64,000 nucleotides of DNA from contig OZ024764.1 in assembly GCA_964016885.1 (NCBI GenBank), positions 4,774,001 to 4,838,000 of the forward strand, read 5' to 3'. Both the position numbers and the translations under genes were made by a program. The stretch is from Eledone cirrhosa. Lineage: Eukaryota. Below, one piece after another: positions 1-11,300 of this stretch (within the stretch, counting starts at the first letter, position 1; each line of letters starts with the position of its first letter). The notes under the pieces were generated by a model. It made no database searches, was not told where the DNA came from, and worked only from the letters and a program-made list of their open reading frames with translations.

Positions 1-593
1 ACTCTATTCCCATAGCTGGTACAGCCAGCTGTTGGGGTGCTACTCTATTCCCATAGCTGGTACAGCCAGCTGTTGGGGTGCTACTCTATTCCCATAGCTG
101 GTACAGCCAGCTGTTGGGAGCCCTAATATACGTTAATCAGTTCCCCATAGCTGGTACAGCCAGCTGTTGGGGTGCTACTCTATTCTCATAGCTGGTACAG
201 CCAGCTGTTGGGGTGCTACTCTATTCCCATAGCTGGTACAGCCAGCTGTTGGGGTGCTACTCTATTCCCATAGCTGGTACAGCCAGCTGTTGGGGTGCTA
301 CTCTATTCCCATAGCTGGTACAGCCAGCTGTTGGGGTGCTACTCTATTCCCATAGCTGGTACAGCCAGCTGTTGGGGTGCTACTCTATTCCCATAGCTGG
401 TACAGCCAGCTGTTGGGGTGCTACTCTATTCCCATAGCTGGTACAGCCAGCTGTTGGGGTGCTACTCTATTCCCATAGCTGGTACAGCCAGCTGTTGGGG
501 TGCTACTCTATTCCCATAGCTGGTACAGCCAGCTGTTGGGGTGCTACTCTATTCCCATAGCTGGTACAGCCAGCTGTTGGGGTGCTACTCTAT
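1..593. repeat. 41-bp tandem minisatellite (~14 copies, runs off the window edge)
   Basis: Unit ACTCTATTCCCATAGCTGGTACAGCCAGCTGTTGGGGTGCT repeated almost perfectly, with one interrupted unit at ~118-143 and an internal inverted repeat AGCTGG/CCAGCT. Confidence 0.97.
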
Positions 594-1134
594 ATGTTTT
601 ACTGTCTCTCCATCATGATATTTCAGCAAGCCTTAGAAATATTTGACAGTGCCCATCTCCTCTCCAAGTGTCCCACCCCTCATTAAGTTTAGCATGACAC
701 CATCTGGGTGTTGTTGAGAACTAGTGTACCTGAACACTAATAAAATATCAGTTTAATTAACCGTTTATGTATTATTCACATATTAATTGTCTTCCACTTA
801 CTAATGAATGTTATTAATGTGGCTGGACTGATGTCTAGATGGAGGTAAGTAATCTATATTTTAATCTATATTTTAATTATTTGTTGAAAAAATATATATG
901 TGAACGAAATGAATGGAAGTAATCCGTTTGGAACATTTTTTCACAAGAAAATTGTCAGTGTGTTGATGGTTGATGACAAAGAGTTTTGTTTTCAAATTAT
1001 AAATCAGAAATGTTTTTACTAGTAACTATATATGTTACAAAGTCAAATTATGTAATTGTTTGTCCGTGAAACATATACACTAGATCCGAACACAAAGAAA
1101 CCAAACTCTCACTGTCACCGCCTTTGTCTCTTCT

Positions 1135-1850
1135 GTAGGATCTCATACAGCCAGCTAAACCTTGGTCAATGCCCAGCTTTAGGGTGTATATGTCCCATAC
1201 AATCTCCTACAGCCAGCTAAACCCTGGTCACCACAAGCTTAAAGGACAAAAGAAGCAGTTTTAGAGCATATACTTCACATAGCATGTCGTACGGCCAAAC
1301 CCTGGTCAATGGCTAGCTAAACCTTTGTCAATACCAAATATTTTCCATGGGTCATCCATGCTATGAGGCAAGTCTTGCAATATATATATGTGTGTGGGAG
1401 TACACTTATAGTTGTCCTTTGAAATTTGCTGATGACAAACTTGTTCATCAATTGTGGATCCTTTGGTGACAGCAGGCGAAATAAGCCATATACTAATACG
1501 CTCTCCCACAGCCAGTTAAACCATGGTCAATGCTTACCTAGCAGGTGAAATGAACAGTTTACGGGCCTAAACTTCTCATAGGATTCTTTACGGCCAGCTA
1601 AACCCTCGACAATGCCAGGTGAGAGGGTGATTGAAACACTTTAAAGACGTATACTTCCCATAGTATCTCCTAAACCATGGTCGGTGCTAGCCAGCTAAAC
1701 CATAGTTGGTGTCTGCTTAGAGGTCGAAAGGAGTAGTTTTAGTGCACAGACTTCCCATAGTATCTCCTACGGCCACTGAAACCCAGGCTAGAGGGCTAAA
1801 GTAATGAATCTCCTACGGCCAGCTAAACCCTGGTCGCTACAACCATAAAG
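1135..1850. repeat. Degenerate old tandem repeat sharing a core with the 41-bp unit
   Basis: Recurrent motifs (CCTAC)(A/G)GCCAGCTAAACC(C/A)TGGTC and CTTCCCATAG at irregular spacing. Confidence 0.7.
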
Positions 1851-1904
1851 AGCAAAAGAAGTGCGTCATTAATATAGCTGGACTGCCGTCTATACGGAGG
1901 TGAG

Positions 1905-2125
1905 TGATTATTCATTGAAAAAAATATATAAACGCAATCTAAGCCGGCACTGTTCCTCTATATCGTATGTCTCTATTTGCTCTTCCTTGCTGTCAGTCAA
2001 CATACTTCTAAATTTGTTACTGTTTGATAGGTCTTTTAACTTCCATACTTGTCTCCTCCAGGTTGGCTTCTGTTGTCTAGTTCTTCTAGCCCTGACTATA
2101 AGATCGCTAACTACTATGTTTACAC
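1905..2125 (-). mobile_element. RTE family B internal fragment (end of endonuclease/linker)
   Basis: VSDLIVRARRTRQQKPTWRRQVWKLKD...SKEEQIETYDIEEQ aligns by eye with ISDLIVRTRRTRQRKRTILRRKIWKLKD...SKEEQLESYNIEEQ of the 50-52.7 kb ORF. Confidence 0.85.
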
Positions 2126-2424
2126 ACACTTATTGGTTTCCACCTGTTTATCTGAAAATATGTTTAAACATTGTTCCAGAATCGGCGCCCTTTAATCCTG
2201 CCTGTCCAGAATGTTAGCTCTATGGAACTCCCTGACAAAGTCATAACTTCAAATGTAGACTTTTAAAACATTTCCAGCCTCTGTTTTTATGAGTATATAA
2301 GACTACATCGTCATCATCTTTAGTGTCTTTCTTTGTGTACGAGAGCCAAATATTTGACTATCATATAACTCCCTTAAGGTGGCAAATTGAAATAGTCGAT
2401 AGAATGGTGTTTCTGTTGTACCAA

Positions 2425-2490
2425 AGTTCAACTTTGCCTTTCATCCATTCGAGGTCGATAAAGAAAGTACCAGTCTAGTACTGGGGACGA
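2425..2490 (+). mobile_element. tRNA-derived SINE fragment (central core)
   Basis: CTTTGCCTTTCATCC..GAGGTCGATAAA..AAGTACCAG core shared with the TSD-bounded SINE at 31768-31952. Confidence 0.7.
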
Positions 2491-2638
2491 TTCTTCCTCT
2501 ATCCCATCCTTCTCTGTTGTATACTTCTTTCTGTGTAGTTAGCAGCCAACACACTCAAGTGTTCTTTTAAAAGGAAAAAAAATCTTTATTGCTCCAGTGC
2601 ACTCGGTTAAGGCATCCTATCTACAGAACAAACATTAT

Positions 2639-2926
2639 GGTGGATTGGCAGTATCGGTAGAGGGTCGGACGCCATGCTAGGGTGGTGGATTGGCAGTATC
2701 GGTAGAGGGTCGGACGCCATGCTAGGGCGGTGGATTGGCAGTATCGGTAGAGGGTCGGACGCCATGCTAGGGTGGTGGATTGGCAGTATCGGTAGAGGGT
2801 CGGACGCCATGCTTTGACGCATTGAGTTACGGCCTTTGCCTTTCATCCTTACGGGGTCGATAAAATAAAGTACCAGTAATACAGTGGGTAATTTGCTGGT
2901 CTTGTGCCAAAAGTAGAAACAATTAT
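2639..2926 (+). mobile_element. tRNA-derived SINE whose 45-bp head is tandemly quadruplicated
   Basis: Four copies of GGTGGATTGGCAGTATCGGTAGAGGGTCGGACGCCATGCT followed by core and tail matching 31768-31952; B-box region deleted. Confidence 0.85.
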
Positions 2927-3164
2927 AATTATATATTTACTAAATTAGGTTTAATCAATAATTGATACTTATAAGACGACGGTTTGCATTTTTTATTTCC
3001 AGAAACAAGTATATTTACTTATATATTCATTGTTCGGTATATATGTACAAAATACTAATAGTATTTAAAATAATTTATATATAGAAACGGAATGAGAGCA
3101 AGGTAACACTTATCTCGCTTCTTTCCGTTTCTATTTTTTTTTTTTAAATAAATAAAATTTTACC

Positions 3165-3259
3165 TATAAGTAAACTAATTCTACTTATAAGTAAACTAAT
3201 TCTACTTATAAGTAAACTAATTCTACTTATAAGTAAACTAATTCTACTTAGTAGAATTG
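3165..3259. repeat. 21-bp tandem repeat (4 copies) ending in a palindrome
   Basis: (ATAAGTAAACTAATTCTACTT)x4, then AATTCTACT-T-AGTAGAATT. Confidence 0.9.
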
Positions 3260-3499
3260 CGGCGATGCTGTTAGGGCTGCGTCGGCAACATCGGCATGGC
3301 GTGACCATTCTATGTGTCTTCGTGGCTTATGCAGCTAGGGAACAATTGATCTTTTGATGTAAAATGGATTAGAATTACCTCCCTTTATATAGAGTTACTT
3401 CCCCCTATATGGAACTCTTTTAGATAACTTCCGGTTTTTTGAAAGAAAATCATTTTGGATATTGATTTCATAGAGGTATGTAATGTGACGCCAGTACAT

Positions 3500-3618
3500 T
3501 ACTGGTACTTTATTTATCGACTACATAAGGATGAAAGGCAAAGCTAATCTCGGCGAGATTTGAATTCAGACTGTAAAGGGCCGTAAAGCATATTGACCGA
3601 TACTGCCAATACGCAGCC
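3500..3618 (-). mobile_element. tRNA-derived SINE, degenerate copy
   Basis: Reverse complement gives TTGGCAGTATCGG (A box), TGAATTCAAATCTCGCCGAG (B-box-like) and CTTTGCCTTTCATCCTT...GTCGATAAATAAAGTACCAG. Confidence 0.8.
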
Positions 3619-3659
3619 ATGAATGAATTTAATAATAAAGCCACCTGACTATCGTTAAC

Positions 3660-4260
3660 CTGTTGTGTGTAGGTCACTTAATATGGATGGAGATCACCTT
3701 TGTTCTTCCTCTACCAGATCCAGCTGGAACTCCTCTCCACCTCCTCTGATATAGTCTTTAGTACTTTGGTCTGTTCCACCCAGTTACTCAGAGATATTTC
3801 ATGAGATTGTAGGCCGATATTTCTACCAACCCTCTCCCTCCAGCCTGTGGGGTGAGGACTGTGACAGGGAAACCTACTTTTTAAAGAACTTTCTCTCTCC
3901 TGTATGTCTGTCCTTCTCGTAATCATAGCTGTTAACAGATCGATATCGATTAACGGCACAACAACCTTCCCGCTCCGTCAGGGTAGGCCCTTCGTTTAGG
4001 AAGGATGTCATACGTTGTGACATTTTCTCAAGTGACAACATTGTGTGCTCAGTGACCAGCCCAGGCTTTGCTGCTCGTCATGTCAAAGTATCGGCCTTTG
4101 ATATGTTTGTGATTGAGATTTTGGCAGTGGAGACTTCCAGTGTTCTTGTCCCTCCGCCTAACCAAATCCCCCTTTGCAAGGCTATCGGAACGGATTTAGC
4201 TACCCACAAGTGCCTCCCTAGCTCCAGAACCACAAGACAGACAGCCCCTTAAGTTTCATC
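3660..4260 (-). mobile_element. Possible internally deleted RLE-type (HERO/R2-group-like) non-LTR element remnant
   Basis: Minus frame ends ...LKTISEEVERSSSWIW*RK, resembling the E..ER.S.W(L/I)W.K C-terminus of HERO-like ORFs; GC-richer than the flanks. Confidence 0.35.
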
Positions 4261-4659
4261 TATGGTGCGGGCATGTAGAATATATTTATTTAAGCACTAT
4301 TGTTATTTTAATAAAAAAACCTATGTGTTTGTTTTTTATTCACAAAATTAATGTTGAAAATAAACAATAAAATGCAGGGATTTAATAATAAAATTCAACA
4401 TGTTTCTTTTTTATTCACAGGAAATATATTTAATGTATTTTGTTTTAAAACTCTTCCTAGTTTTCCCTGTAGCAGCTCTGTTGTCTTTAGCAAATATTTT
4501 GGTGGATTTAAATGTTTCTTTCAAGATTGAGATCAAAGACCGTAAATTTCACTTTCTGAAACTAATCACCATTTAATATTGTTAATTAGTCGGCGATTGT
4601 CTTGTTGCCTTAAATCCCCAAAGTATGTGGAGGTTCTCTGGTGTGTCGCTTATGAGAGT

Positions 4660-5025
4660 ACAAGACTCCCCCCTGAAAAAAGTATCAAAGGTTTGAATCT
4701 AAGTAAGGCAAGAATGTAGTAAGAAGTATCAAGGGTTAGAATCTAAGAGTCAAGTTTAGAATGTAGAAAGAAGAATCTAAGGTTCGAATCCAACTGTCTT
4801 CCAAGAATGTCAAGGAGTTCTAAGAATGGAAGTAAAATTGTGGGTTTTAAGAATCAGAAACTAAATTAAGAAGGTTCAAATCCAACTGTCTTCCAAGAAT
4901 GTAATTAAGGTTCTAAATGAAACTTCAAAAATGTAATTAAGATTCTTTCTAATAAAATTTCTTCTAATATGTAAATGAAACTTCAAAGCTCATTTGCATA
5001 TTAGATATGTAAATGAAACTTCTAC
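4660..5025. repeat. Degenerate AT-rich repeat with octamer-like inverted motifs, related to 8690-9290
   Basis: AAGAATCTAAG-type subrepeats; the block TTCTAATATGTAAATGAAACTTCAAAGCTCATTTGCATATTAGATATGTAAAT also occurs at 8956-9290. Confidence 0.75.
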
Positions 5026-5035
5026 TCCTCCACTT

Positions 5036-5995
5036 TACAGTCCATGCTGTAAAATGGAGGGGTAGAGAGGGCCCCTGAGTCTAGTAAGACAACCTTTCTA
5101 GTGCTGGTGGCACGAATAAAAGCACCCAGTCCATGCTGTAAAATGGAGCGCCCCTGAGTCTAGTAAGACAACCTTTCTAGTGCTGGTGGCACGAATAAAA
5201 GCACCCAGTCCATGCTGTAAAGAGGGCCCCCCGAGTCCAGTAAGACAACCTCTCTAGTGCTGGTGAGATGAATAAAAGCACCCAGTCTATGTAAAATGGA
5301 GGGCCCCTGAGTCTAGTAAGACAACCTCTCTAGTACTGGTGGCACGAATAAAAGCACTGTCCATGCTGTAAAATGGAGGGCCCCTGAGTCTAGTAAGACA
5401 ACCTCTCTAGTACTGGTGGCATGAATAAAAGCACTCAGTCCATGCTGTAAAATGGAGGGCCCCTGAGTCTAGTAAGACAACCTCTCTAGTACTGGTGGCA
5501 TGAATAAAAGCACTCAGTCCATGCTGTAAAATGGAGAGCCCCTGAGTCTAGTAAGACAACCTTTCTAGTGCTGGAAAGTGTAGGGGTAAAGAGGGCCCAG
5601 TAAGACAACCTCTCTAGTGCTGGTGAGACGAATAAAAGCACCCAGTCTATGTAAAATGGAGGGCCCCTGAGTCTAGTAAGACAACCTTTGTAATGCTGGT
5701 GGCACGAATAAAAGCACCCAGTCCATGCTGTAAAATCTATGGGTAGAGAGGGCCCCTGAGTCTAGTAAGACAACCTCTCTAGTGCTGGTGGCACGAATAA
5801 AAGAATGAAAATTTTGTTTAGCTATTGCTACCCTCCTTACTTTTTTTCAATATGTCCAGTAAGACAAGCTCCCTAGTGCTGGTGGCACAAATAAAAGCAC
5901 CCAGTTGTAAAGTGGAGTGGTAGAGAGAGCCCCTGAGTCTAGTATGACAACCTCGCTAGCGCTTGTGGCACGAATGAAAGCACCCAGTCCATGCC
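5036..5995 (+). repeat. ~78-bp tandem array (~12 copies) derived from the RTE family A 5' leader
   Basis: Unit GAGGGCCCCTGAGTCTAGTAAGACAACCTCTCTAGTGCTGGTGGCACGAATAAAAGCACCCAGTCCATGCTGTAAAATG matches the reverse complement of 60322-60423. Confidence 0.92.
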
Positions 5996-6048
5996 AAAAA
6001 CTATGAGCATGACAAATGAGAATGATGTGGATATCTATGTATATATAT

Positions 6049-6151
6049 ATAAGGTGTCTCCAAAAAATGTATACACACTTTGATTACCTGTACATGCAGA
6101 ATTTATTAGAATGCTGTTGAACTATGTTTACATTTTTGGCGGACACCCTAT
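6049..6151. mobile_element. Tc1/mariner-type MITE
   Basis: Imperfect TIRs AGGTGTCTCCAAAAAATGTATAC / GTTTACATTTTTGGCGGACACCCT flanked by TA. Confidence 0.6.
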
Positions 6152-6194
6152 ATGTGTATATCTATACATATATGTGTATATACATCGATATACA

Positions 6195-6385
6195 AATTGC
6201 TGGCCTTGTGCCTAAAGTAGAAACAAAGTCGGACGCCATGTTTTGTAGTCGAGTTCCGGCCCTTTATGGCCTGGGTTCAAATCCTGCCGAGGTTAACTTT
6301 GCCTTTCATCCTTACGGGGATCGATAAAATAAAGTACCATTAATACATTGCTGTCCTTGTGCCAAAAAATAGAAACAATTATTAT
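6195..6385 (+). mobile_element. tRNA-derived SINE copy preceded by an extra tail fragment
   Basis: GGGTTCAAATCCTGCCGAGGTTAACTTTGCCTTTCATCCTTACGGGG..CGATAAAATAAAGTACC...CCTTGTGCC matches 31768-31952. Confidence 0.8.
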
Positions 6386-6410
6386 AGTTGTATATATGTA
6401 GATAAAATAT

Positions 6411-6540
6411 TCTGCGCATGCGCAATTGATGCCATTTTTCAGAAAACAAATGGCCGCTGAAATTTTACAAGTATTTTTTAACCTGTAGAAAATAAACGTT
6501 AAAAACTTGGATTTTTACCATTTTTACGAAGGTAAAGTAA
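6411..6540 (+). promoter_or_regulatory. Candidate promoter and first non-coding exon
   Basis: NRF1-type palindrome TGCGCATGCGCA (6413-6424), YY1-like GCCATTTT (6431) and AAATGGCCGC (6448), candidate donor AG|GTAAAG at 6532. Confidence 0.35.
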
Positions 6541-6783
6541 AGCTTTATATTATGTTGAAGTCTTTCATTGAAATATTGCATATTTATTTCCCTCCATAAT
6601 GTCACCAATAACTTATTAAACGATAACTTTGTTTAGCTATTGCCACCCCTCCTCACGTTTTTCAATATACAGGGTGACCCCCAAAACACTCTGAGAGCTT
6701 GATTATAACATTGATGTAGTATCAACCACCACATGAAATTTTGTTAGTTTATGCAACTGTAAGAATATCATAAGTATTTTAAA

Positions 6784-7512
6784 TCATAGTCGCAATTATC
6801 TCTAAAACTAATTAGACTCTTGAGACACATGACACAAGTCCACCATGGTCAGTTACATCTGTCAACACATCGTTCAAACTTTTGTTAATAATTTTCAGGT
6901 CCCAGTCGATCTTGGGACATCCTCTTTCCAGTTGAAGGGGTACTTGTCTCTCACCTGGGAGTCGTGGGAGATAGACATATTAGACTTAAAACTCCCATAT
7001 CTTGAGACATACGAGGCAACCAAAGTATTCCAACGATCACCATTGTCAGTTGCATCTATCAATACATTGTTCCAACTTTTGTTGACGGGTATCAACCAAT
7101 AAATACCACATGAAACCTTCGTATTTTTACCACATTTTAATACAACACCCCCAACATAATCGAACGGTTAGTACACTTTAATATATTCTTATTGATTTAT
7201 ATTCACCATTCTTTCCGTAGTTAATGTTTGTCACTCAGGTAGTTTTTGATCACCTATGATTGAACACACATCTCTGTGTATTTCTCTCTATTTTTAGTTA
7301 GTTTGTTACGTTGATGTAACTTGGTAAATATTATATTTCTAGTTCACCTTTGTTTTGGAAGACTTTCTCTTTGTCATAGTCGCAATTATCTCTAAAACTA
7401 ATTAGACTTGAGACATACGAGCAACCAATGTCCTCCATGGTCAGTTACATCTATCAATAACATCGTTCCAACTTTTGTTGACGAGTTTCAGATTATCTTG
7501 GGACATCCTCTT
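6784..7512. repeat. Local diverged duplication/triplication of a ~130-bp block
   Basis: TCATAGTCGCAATTATCTCTAAAACTAATTAGACT at 6784 and 7374; the GTCAGTT(A/G)CATCT..CAA..CAT.GTTC.AACTTTTGTT block occurs three times. Confidence 0.8.
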
Positions 7513-8689
7513 CGTCTTTTTTGGGTGTCGTGTGAAATAGACAGACCGACGTAGTTTCGTTTTTAGACACTTCATCTACATTCTTGGTAGGGGGTACCAA
7601 TACAGATTTACACAGAACGGATCCTTTGGGTTTCTCTCTCCCCACTCTCTGCTTAAATTTTAAACATGTTTTCCAACCTACAGAAAAAAATAAACTTGGA
7701 TTTTTACGAAGTTTTATTTTATTGAAACTTACTTTGTATTTTTATTTCCCATTGGATTATCATGTCTCTCATTTGGGAGGACTTAAAGCTCATGTTTCCG
7801 CTGGAACCACAAAGGCATTATATTTAATCTGCCTGTCACCCACCTTATGGATTGTCTCTCTCTCGACCATCGCTGTCTTTGACAGTATTTACTTGTTTTA
7901 ACGGCTGTTTTCTCATATCTTCTCGCTTCATCTCGATCAGAGACAACACTCTTCTAACTTTATCATAGCTATGATTAGCTTTCTATTTAGGACAGACACC
8001 ATAACTTGAGGTCCACCGTCCCATTATTTGCTTGTCTTTCACACTCACACTCACATCATACCAACAGAAAGATATATATCATTTTAAAATGGTACTCTCA
8101 ATTAATTCGGGCGAAACTATATATTTATGCATATTATTTTATACGTACATAATATATATATATCTATACATAATAAAAGACAAAACTGGAAGAATTTGAT
8201 AAAGTTTTAAATTTATTTTATTGACAATGTATATAAATGACTTTCATAGTTTTTCTTATTTCATACAGATGTCCCTTCTCGGTCATATGCCGTGTTGTTT
8301 GCTGCAACCACTGAAAGTTTCCTGAACAGTGATGAAGTGTGTCTGTTAAAAGAAATATTTACGAATTGTATGAATAAAGTTTTTGTTAATAAAAAAAAAA
8401 AAAATCTTTACACTTTATATTCGAGTTGTGTTCAGTTCATTTAGACAAAATTTGTTAATAAAGAAATCCCGACTGTCTAAAACCCCAGTCTCAATAAATT
8501 CGAAGACTTCCGTGAATTCTTTCAAAGGTATACTTATGCGGGGAAAATCGTTTTTTTTTTTTTTTACATTAAAGGGAGACAACGCAGTAATAACCTTCTC
8601 ACTAAAGGGAAATAATTCATAATTTTTTTTTTTTTATTAAAGGGAGACAACTCATACTTTTAAAGAGTTCCCTCCCTTTAGTAAGAAGA

Positions 8690-9290
8690 ATGAAAATGAA
8701 GTGTCTAAAAAGAAATTAAGAATCTAAATGAAGTGTCTAAAAAAAAAAGAAACTAAGAATCTAATTGAAGAAAAGAAATTAAGAATCTAATTGAAGAAAA
8801 AAAAAAGAACTAAGAATCTAATTGAAGAAAAGAAATTAAGAATCTAATTAAAGAAAAAAAAAAAAAGAAACTAATTGAAAAAAAAAAAGAGAATCTAATT
8901 GAAAAAGAAAAAAGAAACTAAGAATCTAATTGAAAAAAAAAAAAAAATTAAGATTCTTCTAATATGTAAATTTGCTCATTTGCATATTAGATATGTAAAT
9001 GTAACTTCAAAAATGTAATTAAGAATCTTTCTAATAAAATTCTTCTAATATGTAAATTTACTCATTTGCATATTAGAGTGTAATTAAGATTCTTTCTAAT
9101 AATATATTTCTAAAAAAAATTTTCTTCTAATATGCAAATTTCTTTCTATATGCTAAGATTCTTTCTAATATGTAAATGAAGCTTCAAGAGTTTAATTAAG
9201 ATTCTCTCTCTATATATTAAGATTCTTTCTAATAAAATTCTTCTAATATGTAAATGAACTTCAAGCTCATTTGCATATTAGATGAAATTT
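8690..9290. repeat. A-rich degenerate ~25-bp tandem repeat followed by octamer-containing repeats
   Basis: AAGAAA(C/T)TAAGAATCTAATTGA subunits; ATTTGCAT at 8978, 9064, 9269 and ATGCAAAT at 9132. Confidence 0.8.
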
Positions 9291-9504
9291 GAAAAAGAAT
9301 TCTTCACGGTGGTCAGGGACGGGCCTTGCATCTATGTGCCGGCCCCGAATAGTCCCAGGCCGATGCAGTCGTACGCCACTACGAATCGAACGCCAGCCAG
9401 GGGGACTGGTAGTCTGAGACGCAGATCGCACGCCACCGCGAAGGCCGCAATTCTACTGAGTTAAATAGTGGTACTTATGGCTACTTTGGAAAAATTTTGA
9501 TCAA

Positions 9505-10200
9505 AAAAAAATTAATATATGCAAACGGAGCAAAGGGAAGTAATTCTGGATTCAAATATTTTTTTCATAAGACAATTATTAATGCATTGGTGGTGCTACG
9601 AAGACGGGGTTTTCGATGTCTGCCAACGGATTGTTTGGGGAGTTTAATTATGGGGGTTTATCGAAGTTCGATAGTGACCCTTTCTACAATTCAGGACCCT
9701 TTAATGTCTACAAGATATTGCGATAGAGACGCAAGTTAGACGTGAGAGGGTAGCCAGCTTTGTTTACATTCGAGCGATAACCATAGAAGATTATACAGGT
9801 TAGACATGTCTTTTAACCACCTTTTTGGCGACCTTATGTACATACACTACATGCCTTTGGCCACCTAAGCGAGCGTTAGCCACAGAGAAGATCTTACAAG
9901 CCAGAGAGGACATTGAGCCTTCGAGAGAGGGAGGAAATTTAACTTGGGTGTTCTCAGTCCTGGAAGGAGACTGAAGTGTGCTACACACAACACTGTACAG
10001 TAACCAAAGGAGGCAGGAACTGACATATGTACAGTCACCCAACGATCCATAAGACAATAAACATCGGTTTTCGATTGACAACCATAACTACACCCCGTAA
10101 CAACACATATAGCACCAGCAACACATTAACAATTTTCTAATGAAAAATATATTCACACCTGAATTACTTCCATTTATTCCGTTTACATATATTATTTCAT
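9505..10200. mobile_element. Non-autonomous element with long (~100-bp) degenerate terminal inverted repeats
   Basis: 9511-9600 (TAATATATGCAAACGGAGCAAAGGGAAGTAATTC...TGGTGCTA) is the diverged reverse complement of 10108-10195; a third TIR-like copy lies at ~878-975. Confidence 0.6.
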
Positions 10201-10299
10201 CAACGAATAATTACAAATATAGATACAAATGTAACTAATACGTACCTTGATGGACTCCGGGTTTAAGGGTGTGCCATTAACAGATGACCCCAGTTTTTG

Positions 10300-10655
10300 G
10301 GATGTAGAGAGGAGCAGCTAACATACTGTATATGAGGGATATTAAAAGACAGAGACAAACAGACCTTATATTAGATGTACCAGCTGATATATGGAGGGAC
10401 AGCTACCGCAATATACTCTATATCTGGGACGTTACAAGACAAACACACTTACATTAAAAGACAGGTCCACCTTTTTATAAGCTGCAACTGTGGGCCGTGT
10501 AGAGTGAGGGACAGATGTAATTATGGGTCGTATAAAGGGGCAGCTACAACAATACACTGTAAGACAGTCTCCGCCTTACATTAAATGTACCAGCAGCCGT
10601 ATAGAGGGCCAGCTATCATAATATACTGTATATGAGGGACGTTAAAAGACAGGCC
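10300..10655. repeat. Degenerate ~80-bp tandem repeat
   Basis: Recurring GAGGG.CAGCTA...AATATACTGTATAT.GGGACGTTA.AAGACA...CTTACATTA. Confidence 0.6.
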
Positions 10656-10689
10656 CATTCTTTTACCACAGAGAAAGAGTCTTGCTGCT

Positions 10690-10915
10690 CTCTGGACTAT
10701 AAGTTTCAAGAAGATGGAAGTATTCCACCAGCCTGCACCTCAGGAAGAGTACCACCCTAGAAGAGTCCCTATATCAACATTGGCGAGACTGAACTGTATA
10801 TCAGGGACGTTATTTCAACTACCTGGGGTGCCAAGATCAACAGAGAAATCAGCAACAGACTGGCAAAGGGGAGCAGTGAATTTGGTAGACTGTAATAACG
10901 TGTGGAAGATTAAAT
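10690..10915 (+). mobile_element. RTE-BovB-like RT C-terminal fragment
   Basis: Pieces translate as KMEVFHQPAP, FNYLG and EISNRLAKGSSEFGRL..VW; no PHD insert is seen in this interval. Confidence 0.65.
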
Positions 10916-10974
10916 ACGCTGGGCAGAGCACGTCTCTAGGATGAGGGATCATAGCCTTCCCAGGATCACTCTAG

Positions 10975-11300
10975 GGTTATCGAAGTTCAATGGAGACCCT
11001 GTTCTACATTTGAGGATCCTTTGATAACGACAAGATCTTACGATAGAGCCGCAAGTTAGACATGTCTTTAAACCACTTTGTTTACCCTCCAGCGAGAGGG
11101 TTTAAACACCTTTGAAGGTTATACAGGTGAGACATGTCTTTTTAACCGATTTTTTGCGACCTTGTGTAAATACACTCCATCCCGTTGGCCACAGAGAAGA
11201 TCTTACAAGCCAGACAGAGCAGTAAACCTTCGAGAAGGAGACTGAGGTGTGACACACAATACTTCCACTAAAATATGTACAGTCACCAAATGAGGTAGGG
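10975..11300. repeat. Second diverged copy of the internal region of the 9505-10200 element
   Basis: Colinear with 9657-10040 (TTATCGAAGTTC, GCAAGTTAGAC, CCACAGAGAAGATCTTACAAGCCAGA, GAAGGAGACTGA). Confidence 0.85.

Noticed and set aside
6895-7095. 66-aa protein-like ORF
   Set aside because: Lies within a locally triplicated block whose other copies have stops and indels; no recognisable motif
10975-11160. KTCLTC motifs on the minus strand suggesting a zinc finger
   Set aside because: Interrupted by stops and not conserved in frame in the paralogous copy at 9657-9830
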